The notes beneath the pieces were generated by a model, which saw nothing but the letters and a program-made list of their open reading frames with translations, had not been told where the DNA came from and did not search any database. From Azolla caroliniana (taxonomy: Eukaryota; Plantae; Polypodiophyta): a stretch of 64,000 nt of DNA. Position 1 is the first letter of the stretch. Every line of letters begins with the position of its first letter. Location: the NCBI GenBank assembly GCA_043228905.1, contig JBHGNT010000003.1, forward strand, positions 15,500,001-15,564,000, written 5' to 3'. A program made the position numbers and the translations under genes. Positions 38,001 through 50,810 of this stretch are shown here, piece by piece.

Positions 38001-40569
38001 AACCAACTCAGACGCTCGTTCGGTCCACTCAACCGAAACGATTCCGGACTCTCATCTTGAGTCCCGGCTTCATCATCCTCTACCAGGGCTGATTCAAGCG
38101 CACTGGCCTGATCTTCCGGCATTGGGTCGGGATCAGAAGTCGGAGTCAATAGGGAGTACCAGGATGCCGATTCGTCGAACTCGACATCCCGGCTAACTCG
38201 GACTTCCTTCGTCCGGGGGTTATAACACTTATACCCCTTTTGCTCTTGAGCATAGCCGACTAGAATGCATTTTTCCGATTTTGCATCCAGCTTTCTCCGC
38301 TTCTGATCCGGCACATGCACATACGCTATGCTACCGAATATCCGAAGGTGTCTTAAGTTCGGCTTGCGCCCGAAATACAGCTCATGAGCTGACACCTTGT
38401 CACCAATGCGGTTTTGTATGTAGACGGCCGTCTGGACCGCCTCCGCCCAGTAGAACCGGGGCATGCTCTTGTCCTCCAGCATTGTCCTTGCCGCTTCGAT
38501 GAGTGTCCGGTTCTTCCTTTCGGCCACACCGTTTTGCTCCGGTGTGTATCTGCAGCTGAACTCTTGCCGAATTCCCTTCTGTTGCAGATAACTAGTGAAT
38601 TGGTCGGAAAAATATTCCTTTCCGCCATCCGACCGAAGGCATTTGATCTTCCTCTCCGATTCCCGTTTCACCATCTTCTGGAGGCTCCGGAAACAGTCGA
38701 AGACTTCGCTCTTCCGCTCAATGAGGTAGATCCAAGTATGTCGAGTATAGTCGTCGATGAAGGAGACGAAGTACCGACTCCCACCAAGGCTTACACTTTG
38801 TGCCGGTCCCCACACATCCGAATGGATGAGATCAAGCTTGTTACGGCTCCGGTTCCATTTGGTGGGGAATGGAAGCCCGTGTTGCTTCCCAAGTTGGCAG
38901 GCTTCACAAATTTCGGCTCTCCGGCCGCTGAACTTCGGCAAACCGAAAACGACTTGTTTCGTTTGCAGATCTTGAAGCCTCCGGTAGTTGACGTGGCCTA
39001 TTTGCTTGTGCCACAGGTCGATGTCCAACTCGACCTTCTGTCGTTTCGCGAACAGAGCGGTGCCAAAGTCATTAGTGTCGAGGATAAACATCCTCCCGTC
39101 TCTGCGCCCTTGTGCAATGACTTCGCCCTCATATTCAATGAAGCACCCGAGGTGTGTAAACCGCACCTGCATCCCCTAGTCGACAATCTGACCGACGGAC
39201 ACTAGGTTCTTCGTGATCGTCGGAACGTGTAATACGTTCATCAGCTTCCCTTTCTGTCCGACGTGGCTTAGAGGGACTTCTCTGACGTGCACGATTGGGT
39301 GAGGAGTGTCGTCTCCGGTTTCGACTACCCCTGGTTGATCCGGTTTCTCCAAAAAGGAGAACCACTCTTTGTGGCTCGTCATGTGGTTCGACGCGCCGGA
39401 ATCAACATACCACACTTCCTCCGTTTTGTAAGTGGTCTTCTTCATTGAGTTTGCCTTGTGATTCATCACCAAGGTTGGCCCCTTATCGGCCTTTCCGGTT
39501 CCGGATCCTCCTAATCCGTTTGCGTAGTGCGAGTTTTGCCGGCCATCCTTACTGGTCTTGCCGGATCCGGATTTGTCCGAATCGGCACGCTTTCTCCAGC
39601 ACTCGCTTTCCCTGTGGTCTTTTTTGCCACAGTACCAGCATTCCGTAGCAGATTTGTCTTGCCGGCCTCCGGCACCGCCTTGACTCCCCCTACTTGTGGA
39701 AGTCCCGGAACTGCTGTCGGCACGTTCATAGTGCCTCCGTTCTTGCTCTTGCCGGCCGCCTCCATTGCGTGCCGACCCACCTCTTCCACCACGCCCACGG
39801 AACCGATCCATTCCCGTGTACAGCATTCGGCTATCCAGGGATGCACTGGTAGATGCAGCGGCGTGGTTCTCCTCTACAAGGAGCATCGACTGTAAGTCGA
39901 AGAATGAGGGGGTATTCTCCCTTGTACACACCGCAGTCCTGAACGCTCCGAACTTGGACGCCAGGCCTCTGAGCCATACCTGCACCATCTCGTCTTCCTC
40001 TACGGTAACATTGATAGAGGCTAGTGAGTCGCAGATCTCCTTCTACGGTAACATTGTAGTCTGCCACGGACATGTTCTTCTGTCGAACATTGCTCAACTC
40101 CTGTCTGAGTTGCAGCTTCCGGGCAGTGGTGCTTGCGGCGAAAACCTTTTTCAGGTTCCCCCAAGCATCCTTCGGGGTCTTGGCGTCACGGATGTGGCTG
40201 AGCAGCTGATCGCCGACACTGGACGCGAAGCAGTACATCACCCTGCTTGCCGCCTGTTCCCATACCGGGAAGTCCTTGTGTGCCGAGTCTGGCGCCGCAT
40301 CATTCGCTCCCTCGACATAACTCCAGTACCCGTGTCCAAGCAGGTATTGGTGCATCTTGTAAGACCAGGATGCGTAGTTGCTCCTGTCGAGCTTCTCCAC
40401 CGGAAGCGACGTAGCCATGCCTCTATCCATGTCTTCTACTGTGTCTGTTCTCGACCTGTTAGGGTTTTCTTCTCAAGAGTAAATGTCTGCAGCAGAGGTT
40501 CTCAACCCTCGCGCTCTGATACCATGTGAACATAAGTGTTTGCTGAAGCGTAAAACAGAGAACAACACA

Positions 40570-40608
<39 letters not shown>

Positions 40609-40947
40609 CCAGAGAGAGCAGAACGCAATTTCAAAATTATATCAAAACTCTATATACACACTGTGCTAAGTAGCACTATTTATACAAGTCCTCTTGGGAC
40701 TGAGAGAAGTACCATGTACTTCAATGCTCACATGAGCATTTGACACTTACTACGAGACTATAGCTACCTAGTAGTCTATCCTATACTAGGCTTCCGATTG
40801 GACTTCCGGTTACGGATTGCACCCGGCCTCCACTGCTTGCCGGTTCGGTTGCTCACCGTCATACCGATCCGTTTCGCCCGATCCGTCTCGCTTACCGGCT
40901 CCGGCTTATTCAGCCAATCCGGCTCCGGTTGAGCTTGCCGCTCAACA
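34956..40947 (-). mobile_element. Full-length, recently inactivated Ty1/Copia (element D); 5-bp TSD CTTGG
   Basis: LTRs 34956-35392 and 40525-40947, each with a (GA)n tract; PBS TGGTATCAGAGCG (tRNA-iMet) directly at 40512-40524; PPT TTGAGGGGGAG; cttgg on both sides. Confidence 0.95.
35387..40430 (-). pseudogene. gag-pol: gag-pol with few lesions plus a long C-terminal extension after RNase H
   Basis: ORFs 39831-40430, 39176-39988, 36422-39172, 35741-36400 and 35387-35707. All Copia motifs present; TAG stops at 39176, 36422 and 35741; a frameshift near 40050. Confidence 0.9.
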
Positions 40948-43469
40948 CTTGGCGACATGTGCTCACAACCACATGCTCGGCTACATTCGAGAAATCGAAA
41001 CGCCAAAGGAAGCATGGGAGAATCTACGACAGATTTTCGCCAACAACACAGTCGCGAGAAAGTGTCAACTACGCCAAGAGTTGAACAACATCCAACAAAG
41101 GGATATGTCCATCACAAGCTACACCTTGAAGATCAAGGAGCTTTGTGAAGCACTCGGCTCGATAAGCGTCAATGTGGACGATGATGAGATGGTGCAAATA
41201 TGCCTCAGCAACCTTGGACCATGGTTTGGTGCGATGAGGATCGCCGTACTAGCACAGGAGAATCCACCCTCCTTCTTCGATCTTCAATCCATGTTGTTGG
41301 TCGAAGAAAACCATGTTCGAATAAGGAGCAATGCCTCAGAAGGCCACATTCTTTACTCACACTCGGATGGAGGAAGAGGACACGACCGTGCAAGGAAAGG
41401 TCGATTCGACCAAGGATGAGGCGGACGAGGCCCGACTTATGAAAACAACTCGCAATTTCGGCAACAAGACGGAAGACATCGGGAATCTTCGGAAGAAGGG
41501 GGAGCTTCCATTCTGGTCCGAGCTGACAAACCTCGATCGAATGTGGATATTGCGGAAAAATCGGCCACCATGACGAAGAGTGCCGAAAGAAGAAGCGTGA
41601 GTCAGCTTCCCCAAGTTGACAACTCACAAATTATGCCACCAACTCCAATTATGAAGACCATGGAAGAATGTTCGTGATGAGACATAGAGCAAATTCTATG
41701 TCGGCCTCTACTTCGGCCTCTACTTCGACTAATACCTCCAATCCGAAAAATGTATGGTTCGTCGACTCCTGTGCCTCAAACCATATGACGTCCCATCAAG
41801 AATGGTTCGTAGACTTACGAGAGCCGGATCAACCCGGTTATGTTGAGACCAAAGACAACACCACTCATCCGATTTGGCATGTCGGCAATGTCCCATTCGG
41901 GAAAGACGGTGAACAAACTTGCATAAAAAATGTCTTACATGTACCCACCATAATGAAGAATTTGGTCTCCATCAGCCAAATTGTGGAGCAAGGGATGCAA
42001 GTTCAATTCAACCAAGGTGGTTGCTTCATCAAGAAGGAAGGCCGACTAATTAGTCGTGGTCGAAGGGAAGGCTGAATGTTTATCCTTGAAGCAAACGAGG
42101 TAAAATCGCCCATGTTTGAAAAGGGCCTCAAACCCGACACCAACATAGAGCTATGGCATAAAAGAATTGGCCATATCAATCTCAACAAACTCAAGGCAAT
42201 GCAATCGAAAGGAGTCGTCATTGGGCTCCCGACCTTCAAAGAGAAAGAGATTGAAGGAGTATGTGAAGCATGCCAATTCGGCAAGAACCATCAGCACCCG
42301 TTCCCGAAGGAGAGGAACGTGAGCAAAGGCCTCTTGGACGTAGTCCACTCGGATGTGTGGGGACTGGCACAAACGGCCACATTCGGAGGATGTCGGTACT
42401 ATGTCACCTTCATCGATGACTTCTCTAGATACACATGGATCTTTCCCATGAGGATGAAGAGCGAAGTGTTTACACACTTCCAAAAATTCAAAAGCAAAGT
42501 CGAAAAAACAATTGGCCGCCATGTACGATGTCTTCAGTCAGACAGAGGAAAGGAATACTTCTTCGATGCGTTCACGGCATACCTTTGAGAAGGAATTCGG
42601 TAGGAATTCACTTGTAGACACACACTGCAACAAAATGGTGTAGCCGAACGCAAGAATCGGCACATCCTCGAAGTACCAAGGGCCATGTTAAATGAGAAGC
42701 ATATGTCCAAGTCATATTGGGCAAAAGCTGCAAATACCGCCGTCTACCTCATAAATCGATGCACAACATCTGGAGTGCATGAGGTCATCCCGCATGAGAA
42801 GTATTATGGGAAGAAGCTGGATCTATCCTATATAAGGATATTCGGCTCCATTGCATACGTGCACATTCCCGATGAGAAGCGGCAAAAGCTTGACCAAAAA
42901 TCAAAGAAGTGCATCCTCGTGGGGTACTCACTGGAGCAAAAGGGGTACAAGTGCTTCAACCCCTCTACTCGGAAGGCTCGTGTAAGTCAGGATGTCATCT
43001 TTGATGAATCGACATCATGGTACAAACCCGAGCCGACTCCTCCTAAACCATCAATGAACGACCTCGACAACACAAAAGACGATGATGAACTAAGGTCAAT
43101 AATCAAAGAGAGACTGATCTCAACCAAATTGAGCTGACCACAAGAGCCTCCAAGCAACCAAAGCACATCTTGGCCAAGTCCAATGATGGACAAAGGGAAG
43201 GACAAAATGCCGGAATATGAAGACGATCACTTCGACGGCAACGAATCGACTCACTCACTCGATAGTGAGTTCGATGCCTTTGATGTGCCTCTTATGAGGT
43301 CACCCGGAGTTAAGAAAACACTCACATCGGCAAATGAAAAACTCAGTCGCTCCACTCGAGAGAAGAATCCGGTTAGCCGATTCGGCTACAACGAATATAT
43401 GGCATACCACTATGCCTTTATGATGAATGTGGCAGAAGTTCGAGAACTGGAGAGCTTTGCCGAACCCGC

Positions 43470-44227
43470 TGTCATGTTGCTACGCGCGTGCGTGGTGAAA
43501 GGCGGGACCATGGGGGTCTTGGACTAGGGAGTGACAAAGCGTAGGAGGTCGTACTTCACCATTTTCGGGGCATCCCAGAAGCACACCGGAAGCAACTGAA
43601 GGGAGAGAGAGAAAGAGAGGGAGCGCGTGCTTGACACCGACTCATGCACACACAGGCTGACACGACTCACGCCCTTATGCACAGGAAACGCCGGAAAGGG
43701 GAACACCAAAAACACCCGCACAAACACCGGACCCCAACAGAGACATGAATACGCACAGACAGACACAAATGTATATATATGAATGGAAGAATACATTCCC
43801 GGCTTCGTGCCGGACCAAGGTAGGTTACAACAGTCGTCTGCTGTCAAGCCACCGTCGGGGAGCTCTCGGTTTGTCGCGCCGAGCGGGATCTTGCACAGGA
43901 GGCCGAGCCGAAGCAAACCCTAAGCAAAACATGAAGGGGGGGGGGGGAGAAGAAGAAGAGGAATAAGAGTAACTAACCCTAAATCTAACGGTATACCCTC
44001 TAACGCAAAATGGGCAACCCTTTCACAAAGGGCGCTCCCTTCCCTTTATAGAACAAGGAGAGGGATGCGCTACAATGTGGGATAAATCCTGATTTACATG
44101 GGATTCTTCGTCCCGACTTGACTCTTATTATTCACACAATTACATGAGGGTGAGTGCACATGGTGCACCCCGCCGATGTAGCCAATATTTCCCCGGTTTC
44201 CACCTCTGGACGAAATTCTTCACGACA
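43470..44227. mobile_element. Solo LTR, 4-bp TSD CCGC
   Basis: tgtcatg...cacgaca with ccgc on both sides. Host reads ESFAEPA|KDP after removal. Confidence 0.85.
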
Positions 44228-44552
44228 CCGCTAAAGATCCATGATGGGTCAAAGTGAGGAACGATGAAATGCAAGCTCTCAACAAGAATGAGACATGGGA
44301 TCTCGTCCCTCACTCACCGCACAAGAAGGTAATTGGTTGCAGATGGATATACAAAGTGAAGTATACTGCTGACGGTTCCGTCAACCGCTACAAAGCTCGA
44401 CTTGTAGCAAAGAGCTACGCACAAACACAAGGAGTTGACTATGAAGAGACCTTTGCCCCGGTGGCAAAGATGACAACCGTGCAGACCGTGATAGTGGTTG
44501 CTGCAGCGAAAGGGTGGCACCTCTTTCGAGCACAGAGGCCGAATACAGGGGT

Positions 44553-45013
44553 TGTTACCATACGAGACGTACGTGTGATTGATAAGTGTGATAAGTGAGG
44601 GTGAAAGATGTAATGCGTTGATATGTATGTGTAATGTTATATGATTATGAGTGTGAGTGTGGTAGATACAAGGAGGTGTGAGTGAGTGACTAGGTGTGAA
44701 TGCCAAGGGGGCTTGCACCCTTGTGTATCTACCCTTTTGTACCTATTTAACCCCTTATGGGGAATGAATGAAAACAATGAACATTTCTCTCTCTCTCTCT
44801 CTTTGACATCTTTCTCTCCCTCTCCCTTTTAACGTTGAACCTTCTTGGAAGGGGGCTGGAGCCATTCTAGGCACCACCCCCCACCCCACAATGCTTCTCA
44901 ATGCTTGTAGTCTCTCTCACCATCAATCCCATAACGCTCATCATCCTCATCAAACACATCATCTCCATCACCAATCATCATTACCATTAACCCTAACCCT
45001 ATAACCTATAACA
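44553..45013. mobile_element. Solo LTR, 5-bp TSD GGGGT/GGGGC
   Basis: tgtta...taaca termini, inserted into the Copia C RNase H motif EAEYRG|..VAACEAVW. Confidence 0.85.
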
Positions 45014-45231
45014 GGGGCGTGATAGTGGCTGCATGTGAAGCCGTATGGCTCAAGAGGATATTGAAGGATCTGGGTGTTCCCATCAAAGATCCAATTCCCC
45101 TTTACTGCAACCACATGAGCAATATTCATCTAGCTCGGAACCCGGTGTTCCACGCACGCACGAAGCATATCGAAGTGGACTATCACTTCATTCGAGAGCG
45201 CTTTTAGGCTGGAGATGTCGACCTTCAACAC

Positions 45232-45988
45232 ACACTAACAGACGGTTACAGAGTTACACACACTAAATCTCATTCTCTCTCTCTCTCTCTCTCCCTCTCC
45301 TGGTTACAGAGGAACCAACCTTCTGTAACCTTTCGACTATAATGATTCAACTACAGCTTAAGGTTTTCCCTAGTTGTTTATATACTAAGACAACTTTCTA
45401 GCTATTTACAAGTATAGCACACAAGGGCACATTAGGACTATTTATAAATATAGTCTTCTAAATCGGCTTATGAAATCGATTTTCGATTTTCGATCTTGGC
45501 CTCGGCCGAAATACTCATTGACTCCATCCGATTCGGTTCGTTCTCTTCTTCCCATGCAAAGGGACCTGTTTTTCCCAACAAACTCCCCCTTCACTCCGGC
45601 ATGGGGTACTTCACCAATCCGACCCTCTGTCGGCACTCATTTAGCTTTTCTGCCGACAGCACCTTCGTTAGCATGTCCAACCCATTCTTCGTTTTATGTT
45701 TACTAGAGCAAACTCCTTCTCTTCTACTCTATGATATCTCCTCTGGATGTGCGAGGTCCTCAAGTGGTAGACGACATTTTTTGCAAGTTGGATGGCACTC
45801 TGGTTACCGCAATGGAGTCAGAATTCCTCTTGTCAAATTCCCAACTCTCCAATAAATTCCTCCATTGCGGCCATGTACTCGTCTTCCGTGGTCAATAACG
45901 CTAAGGGCTTCTGCAGCCTCGACTACCACGAAACGGCTCCCCCTGCATAAGTCATCACATACCCGGACATGGATCAGCTGGTATCCAC
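45232..45988 (-). mobile_element. Tnt1/Tork-like Copia 3' fragment (partial LTR to 45580, PPT, degenerate RNase H)
   Basis: cccaacaaactcccccttcac junction is identical to 56347-56367; the RH region resembles 56364-56800. Confidence 0.75.
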
Positions 45989-46110
45989 TAGGGATCGGCA
46001 ACGGTTCGGTTTAGGCTTAGCCGGTTTGGCCTGATCCAAGCCAAACCGGCTAAGCCTAAACCGTTTACGGGATCTCAAACCTGAACCGGTTTGGTAAATG
46101 GCTTGGAAAC
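45989..46110 (+). mobile_element. Probable hAT-type non-autonomous DNA transposon end with a perfect 24-bp hairpin
   Basis: TAGGGATCGGCAACGG start with AACCG/CGGTT subterminal motifs; inverted arms at 46007-46030 and 46040-46063. No second terminus found. Confidence 0.45.
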
Positions 46111-49100
46111 CTCCCTCTCTCTCTCTCTCCCTACCTCCCCCCCCTCTCTCTCTCAGATGATGCCCTATATACTAGATAGTATACATTGTACAAGCTCTCC
46201 CTCCCACTCTCTCTCTCTCACGTCTGTGGTCTCGACTCTCTCCCTCTCTGTCTCCCCCACCCCTCTGTGTAGTCTCTCTCTCTCTTTCGTAAATAATGGC
46301 TTTCATTACGAAAGAAAAAAAACCACCATGACTAACTTACTTCAAAGTATAGAACCCTTCTATCAAGGGATCTAAAGAATACTACGACACCGAACTCAAT
46401 GCCACCCTACACACCAATTCAAATGGCAAGTATGATGATATGTGACCTTCCTGGTTGAGATTTCGTGACTTCTCTAGCATTGTCAATTGCCACAAAAGAA
46501 GTACTTTTAACTTTAGAACATATTTTCTCACCCCAACTTGCGAATAAAAAATGAAGGCATTCCACATATTCCAATTGAACCATAGCCCCCAATACCTCAA
46601 GAACTCAAAAATAATTTGAAAATGAGGCATCGGTTCATTGTTCTCCATATGTGCAAAAACCTAACTCAAGGAAGATAGACTTACTCTTGTTAGAGACATC
46701 CACACTAAACTGATACACCTCCAAACCATCCTTGCCATCGTGCATGAAATAAATCGATGCCTACTATGTTCCAATTCCACCGAACAAAAGAAACACAATC
46801 ATTTAGTAAAGTTTTGTTTTTTTTAATGCATCCCCTAATGGTAAAGCTCCAACCATAACTCTCCAAAATAAATACCTTGGCTCCAATTGTGAACACCAAC
46901 CTGCCTTGATCACATGAAACCACCAAGTAATGGGCTTATGAAAACCCCATATCTTTATAACCCTTTCTTCCAACCACTTATGTTTGTCAATCAACTTGTG
47001 ATAAGCAACATTCGTTGAGATCATAGTCAATCTCTTATTTCCAACAAACCTCCAATCAAGCTCTTGAGATCGCCCATCTAAATCAAGAATTGGCTCATGC
47101 GAAGATAGTATTTGTTGTAACTTATCCCAAATAAAGTTATAACCTTTTGGCATACGAAATATTGATCTTATTATTCGAAAAGCCATTAATCTTCTTTGTG
47201 AAACCAACATAACATCCTTAACTGTTACCAAACACAATCTAGCCATCCGATTAAATTGAAGGTTAAGAATTTGTTTACCTTCCCACCTCAACAACCTTGA
47301 TGTTGCCAAAACCTCCATTTGTAATGAATTGGCACATCCCCTTTCTTGTGGGGGATGCCATTCCACAAAATCCAACATACTTTGCCAAGATGTCAACAAA
47401 TGATTAACTATCATAGACCCTGTACATTTGACATCCCTGTCAGAATTAATTACATTCCACCAATTCGCTTCAACCTTCATGTTTCCAAGCTTTATTCTAT
47501 TCTTCTCTATAAAGTATGCCACCATTTCTGTCCAAGGTTGTACACCTTCAAACATGAATCGAATGAAAGTAAATCGATGAGCCACCATATGCTCATATAG
47601 ATTCAATATTGATGCCCCACCAAGACGCTTCGGAGTACAAACATGATCCCATGCCAACCATGACAAGGCACTTTTCCCTTTTCTTTTCCATAACAACATT
47701 CACATCGAGCGTGACAACATTTCAAGAGCTTTCTTTGACCATGGGAGCAAAGGAAGATAATAAGATACCATAGAGACCATAATCGATTGGACCACCTTAA
47801 TTCATACATGAAAAGGCCAAAATTGAGAGCTCCAATACATAAACTTATCCTCCAACCTTTTGGATACCCACTCAATAAGTTTCACATGAGAAACTTCCAC
47901 CCCAATTGGATATCCAAGATGACGACAAATCATACCACGATGTACTATCCTTCCTGACCACCCCAACCCTAACACATCTTGTTGTATACATGAAATCAGG
48001 ACAAATTTATGTATATTAATTCTCAACCCTGAAGCATTTGAAAACAATTCCCACACATCTCTTGTCTCACTAATATTTTCCTGATTAGGTGCCAAAAACA
48101 TAATTTGGTCATCTGCAAGAGCTTGAACAATATGGCTTCCCTGATGGCAACCTTAGTCCAAGCAATTCTTCCTCCATAGCCATATTGTGTAACTTAACAA
48201 GAATAGGATGTGTCACAATAGTGAATAGTAAAGGACTTACCGGGCATCCTTGTCTAACTAACCTCCGAATAGAAATCGGTTGTGTTACTCCTCCATTAAA
48301 CATCACATGTGAAACCGAACCCTCCCCTAATGTGTATATCAACTTAGACATACGATCACCAAAACCCATATGAGACATCAATTGATTTATAAATGACCAA
48401 TCCACATTATCATAGTCTTTCTCGATATCCAATTGTAGCAACACTAATTCTTGTTTAGACTCCTTTGCATAGTCAATTGCCATTTGAACATTTAAAATAT
48501 TATGTAAAATGTCTCTTTTTGCTAAAAACCCATATTGAGCATTATGAATAAGAGCATTATGAATAATAGAAGGTAAAACCTTATGCAACCTATTGGCCAT
48601 CACTTTTGCAAAAATCTTGTACATTCCCCCCATCAATGAAATAGGCCTCCATTGAGCGAAGGAAGATGGAGAAGGCACCTTCGGCAAAAGCTTGATCAAA
48701 CCAATCTTCAAAGAATGAGGCATTTCCCCTGATGTCCACACCTTCTGAAATAAAATCGTAAAAGGCCCCTTTAACTTAATCACATATTTCTTAAAGAGTT
48801 CATGTGTTAATCCATCCCACCCAAGACTCTTATCATTAGCAAGATGTGACATGACATGTTCCACCTCATCCTCTAAAATATTAGCATCTAATGATTGTTC
48901 CACATCATGCGATACATGATTTTTCACTCCATTAAAAAATACATCTCTATCCTTTTTAACATTATCATCGATACACACTTGTACATCCCACAATTGTGTA
49001 TAATATTCTATGCATTTCTTGAGGATCGGAACACATGATACCATTTTCTTCTAACCTTACCACATTATGTCGTGCATGTGATTCATGAAGGTTATGAAAA

Positions 49101-49954
49101 AACTTATGTGATTGACAATTAGCATCATCCATTTCTTGTCTTAGACGATGTAGTCTAGCATGTTGATAATTTTTTGCCGTTAGGACATGCATCGCAGAAA
49201 TTAATACCTCTTGATATCCCAACAACTCTACATCCGTTGGCCAATAAGTTAACAATGAGTTGCATTTATCAAGCAAATTAACTAGGAGACTTAATTTCTT
49301 TCTCCTTTTAAGAGCATGGTGAATTCCATAATATCTTAGTTAACCTTTGAACATTTGCAACAAATACCTCCCACGCTTCATACAATCACGGACACACCAA
49401 GCGCAGACTAAGACGGAGCACAAATGATGAGGCTACGATGGAGCGATGACGGAATGACACAAGAGCATAAAGATAGATATGAAGATTAAGGAGACAAGAT
49501 TGGGCGAAACGAAAATACTAGATTGATATGTCCATGACTGGCGTTGTTCACCTTGAAATCCTTCAAGGTGAACTCAACTATTTATACTAAGTGGCATGCA
49601 TACCTGTTGCACGCATGTGATACAATAGAGCATGTAGGCAGTAGGTACGCATGCATGTGCCAAGTGTTAATAATACAAGGGAGAAATTATGCACATGATG
49701 CTAGCTAAAACCTATAATGAGGAAGTATATACATGATTATGTGCTAGATGTGTTGTTAACACATAACACTTGATTATAACATGGTCATGTCAAGAGTTCG
49801 AATCTTGACATTATCCCCCCTCCAACGATGCCTTCCCAAATCATTTGTTCGCTTAACGGGATATTGTTGATGAAAATCTTAGATCACCTCCAAAGTATTT
49901 TGTAAATCCTAGACAAGGAGTAACCCTTCCACAAGACGAGGTATTTAACACCAA

Positions 49955-50810
49955 CAGGCATGAGCGACCTTGTGTGGTCCTCGCCTAGAACTGGAACACA
50001 AATATCAATGGGTGTGAGTTACCATGTGCAGTCCTCACGGGGAGCATGAACACCAAGGGGCATGAGTAGCCATGTGGGGTCTTTGTTGGGAACTGGTACG
50101 GTCCTCGCTGAGAGTTGGAACACGAACACCAACGAGCGTGAGCAACCATGTTGTCCTCACAGAGAAATGGAAAACAAACGAGTGAGCGACCATGTGGCCC
50201 TCACCGGGAACAGGAACATGAACGGGAGTAATCGACCATGTGTGGTCCTCACCAGGAACTGGAACATGAACAACAACGGCCATGAGCAACCATGTCGGTC
50301 CTCACCGGGATCTGGAACACGAACAATAGTTGGAGTGAGCGGCCATGTGCGGTCCTCACCAGAGACTGGAACATGAACGGGAGTGAGTGACCATGCGTCC
50401 CTCACCGGGAACAGGAACACGAATGGGAGTGAGCGGCCATGTGCGGCCCTCATCGGGAACAGGAACACGAGCAGGTGTGAGCGACCATGTGGCCCTCACT
50501 GGGAACTCGAACACGAACGGGCGTGAGCGACCATGCGGCCCTCACCGGGAACTCGAACACGAACGTGTGTGAGCGACTATGCAACCCTCACCGGGAACTC
50601 GAACACGAACGGGCGTGAGCGACCATGTGGCCCTCACCGGGAACTGGAACATGAACACCAACGGGAGTGAGCGGCCTTGTGCAGACCTCACCGGGAACTG
50701 GAACACGAACACCAACGAGAGTGAGTGGCCTTGTGCGGCCCTCATCGGGAACTGGATCACGAACACCGAAGGGAGTGAGAGGCCCTCACCAGGAACCAGA
50801 ACATGAACAC
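49955..50810. repeat. 45-53-bp minisatellite array (internal region 1)
   Basis: Unit ccatgtgcggccctcaccgggaactggaacacgaac(accaac)gggagtgagcg, roughly 17 copies. Confidence 0.9.

Larger units (their letters stand above)
34542..45231 (+). mobile_element. Degenerate Copia (element C): partial 5' LTR fused to gag, then PR-INT-RT/RH; no 3' LTR
   Basis: tgttgag LTR start at 34542; gag NFASWEYKMH from ~34800, resuming at 40953; WFVDSCASNH; VHSDVWG; YKARLVAK; RT-to-RH deletion GWHL|SSTEAEY at ~44523; FHARTKHIEVDYHF. Confidence 0.82.

Noticed and set aside
38414-39205. 263-aa plus-strand ORF and similar antisense ORFs over Copia pol (also 56641-59250)
   Set aside because: Expected from GC-rich codon usage on the opposite strand; no domain signal.
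44985-45010. Telomeric repeat (aaccctaaccct)
   Set aside because: Only two units, at the end of a solo LTR; at most a telo-box-like motif.
46091-46375. Host gene or promoter in the CT-rich stretch
   Set aside because: Low-complexity (CT)n between TE fragments with no recognisable domain or exon structure. It could be the LINE tail or target site, but no poly(A) or TSD was found.
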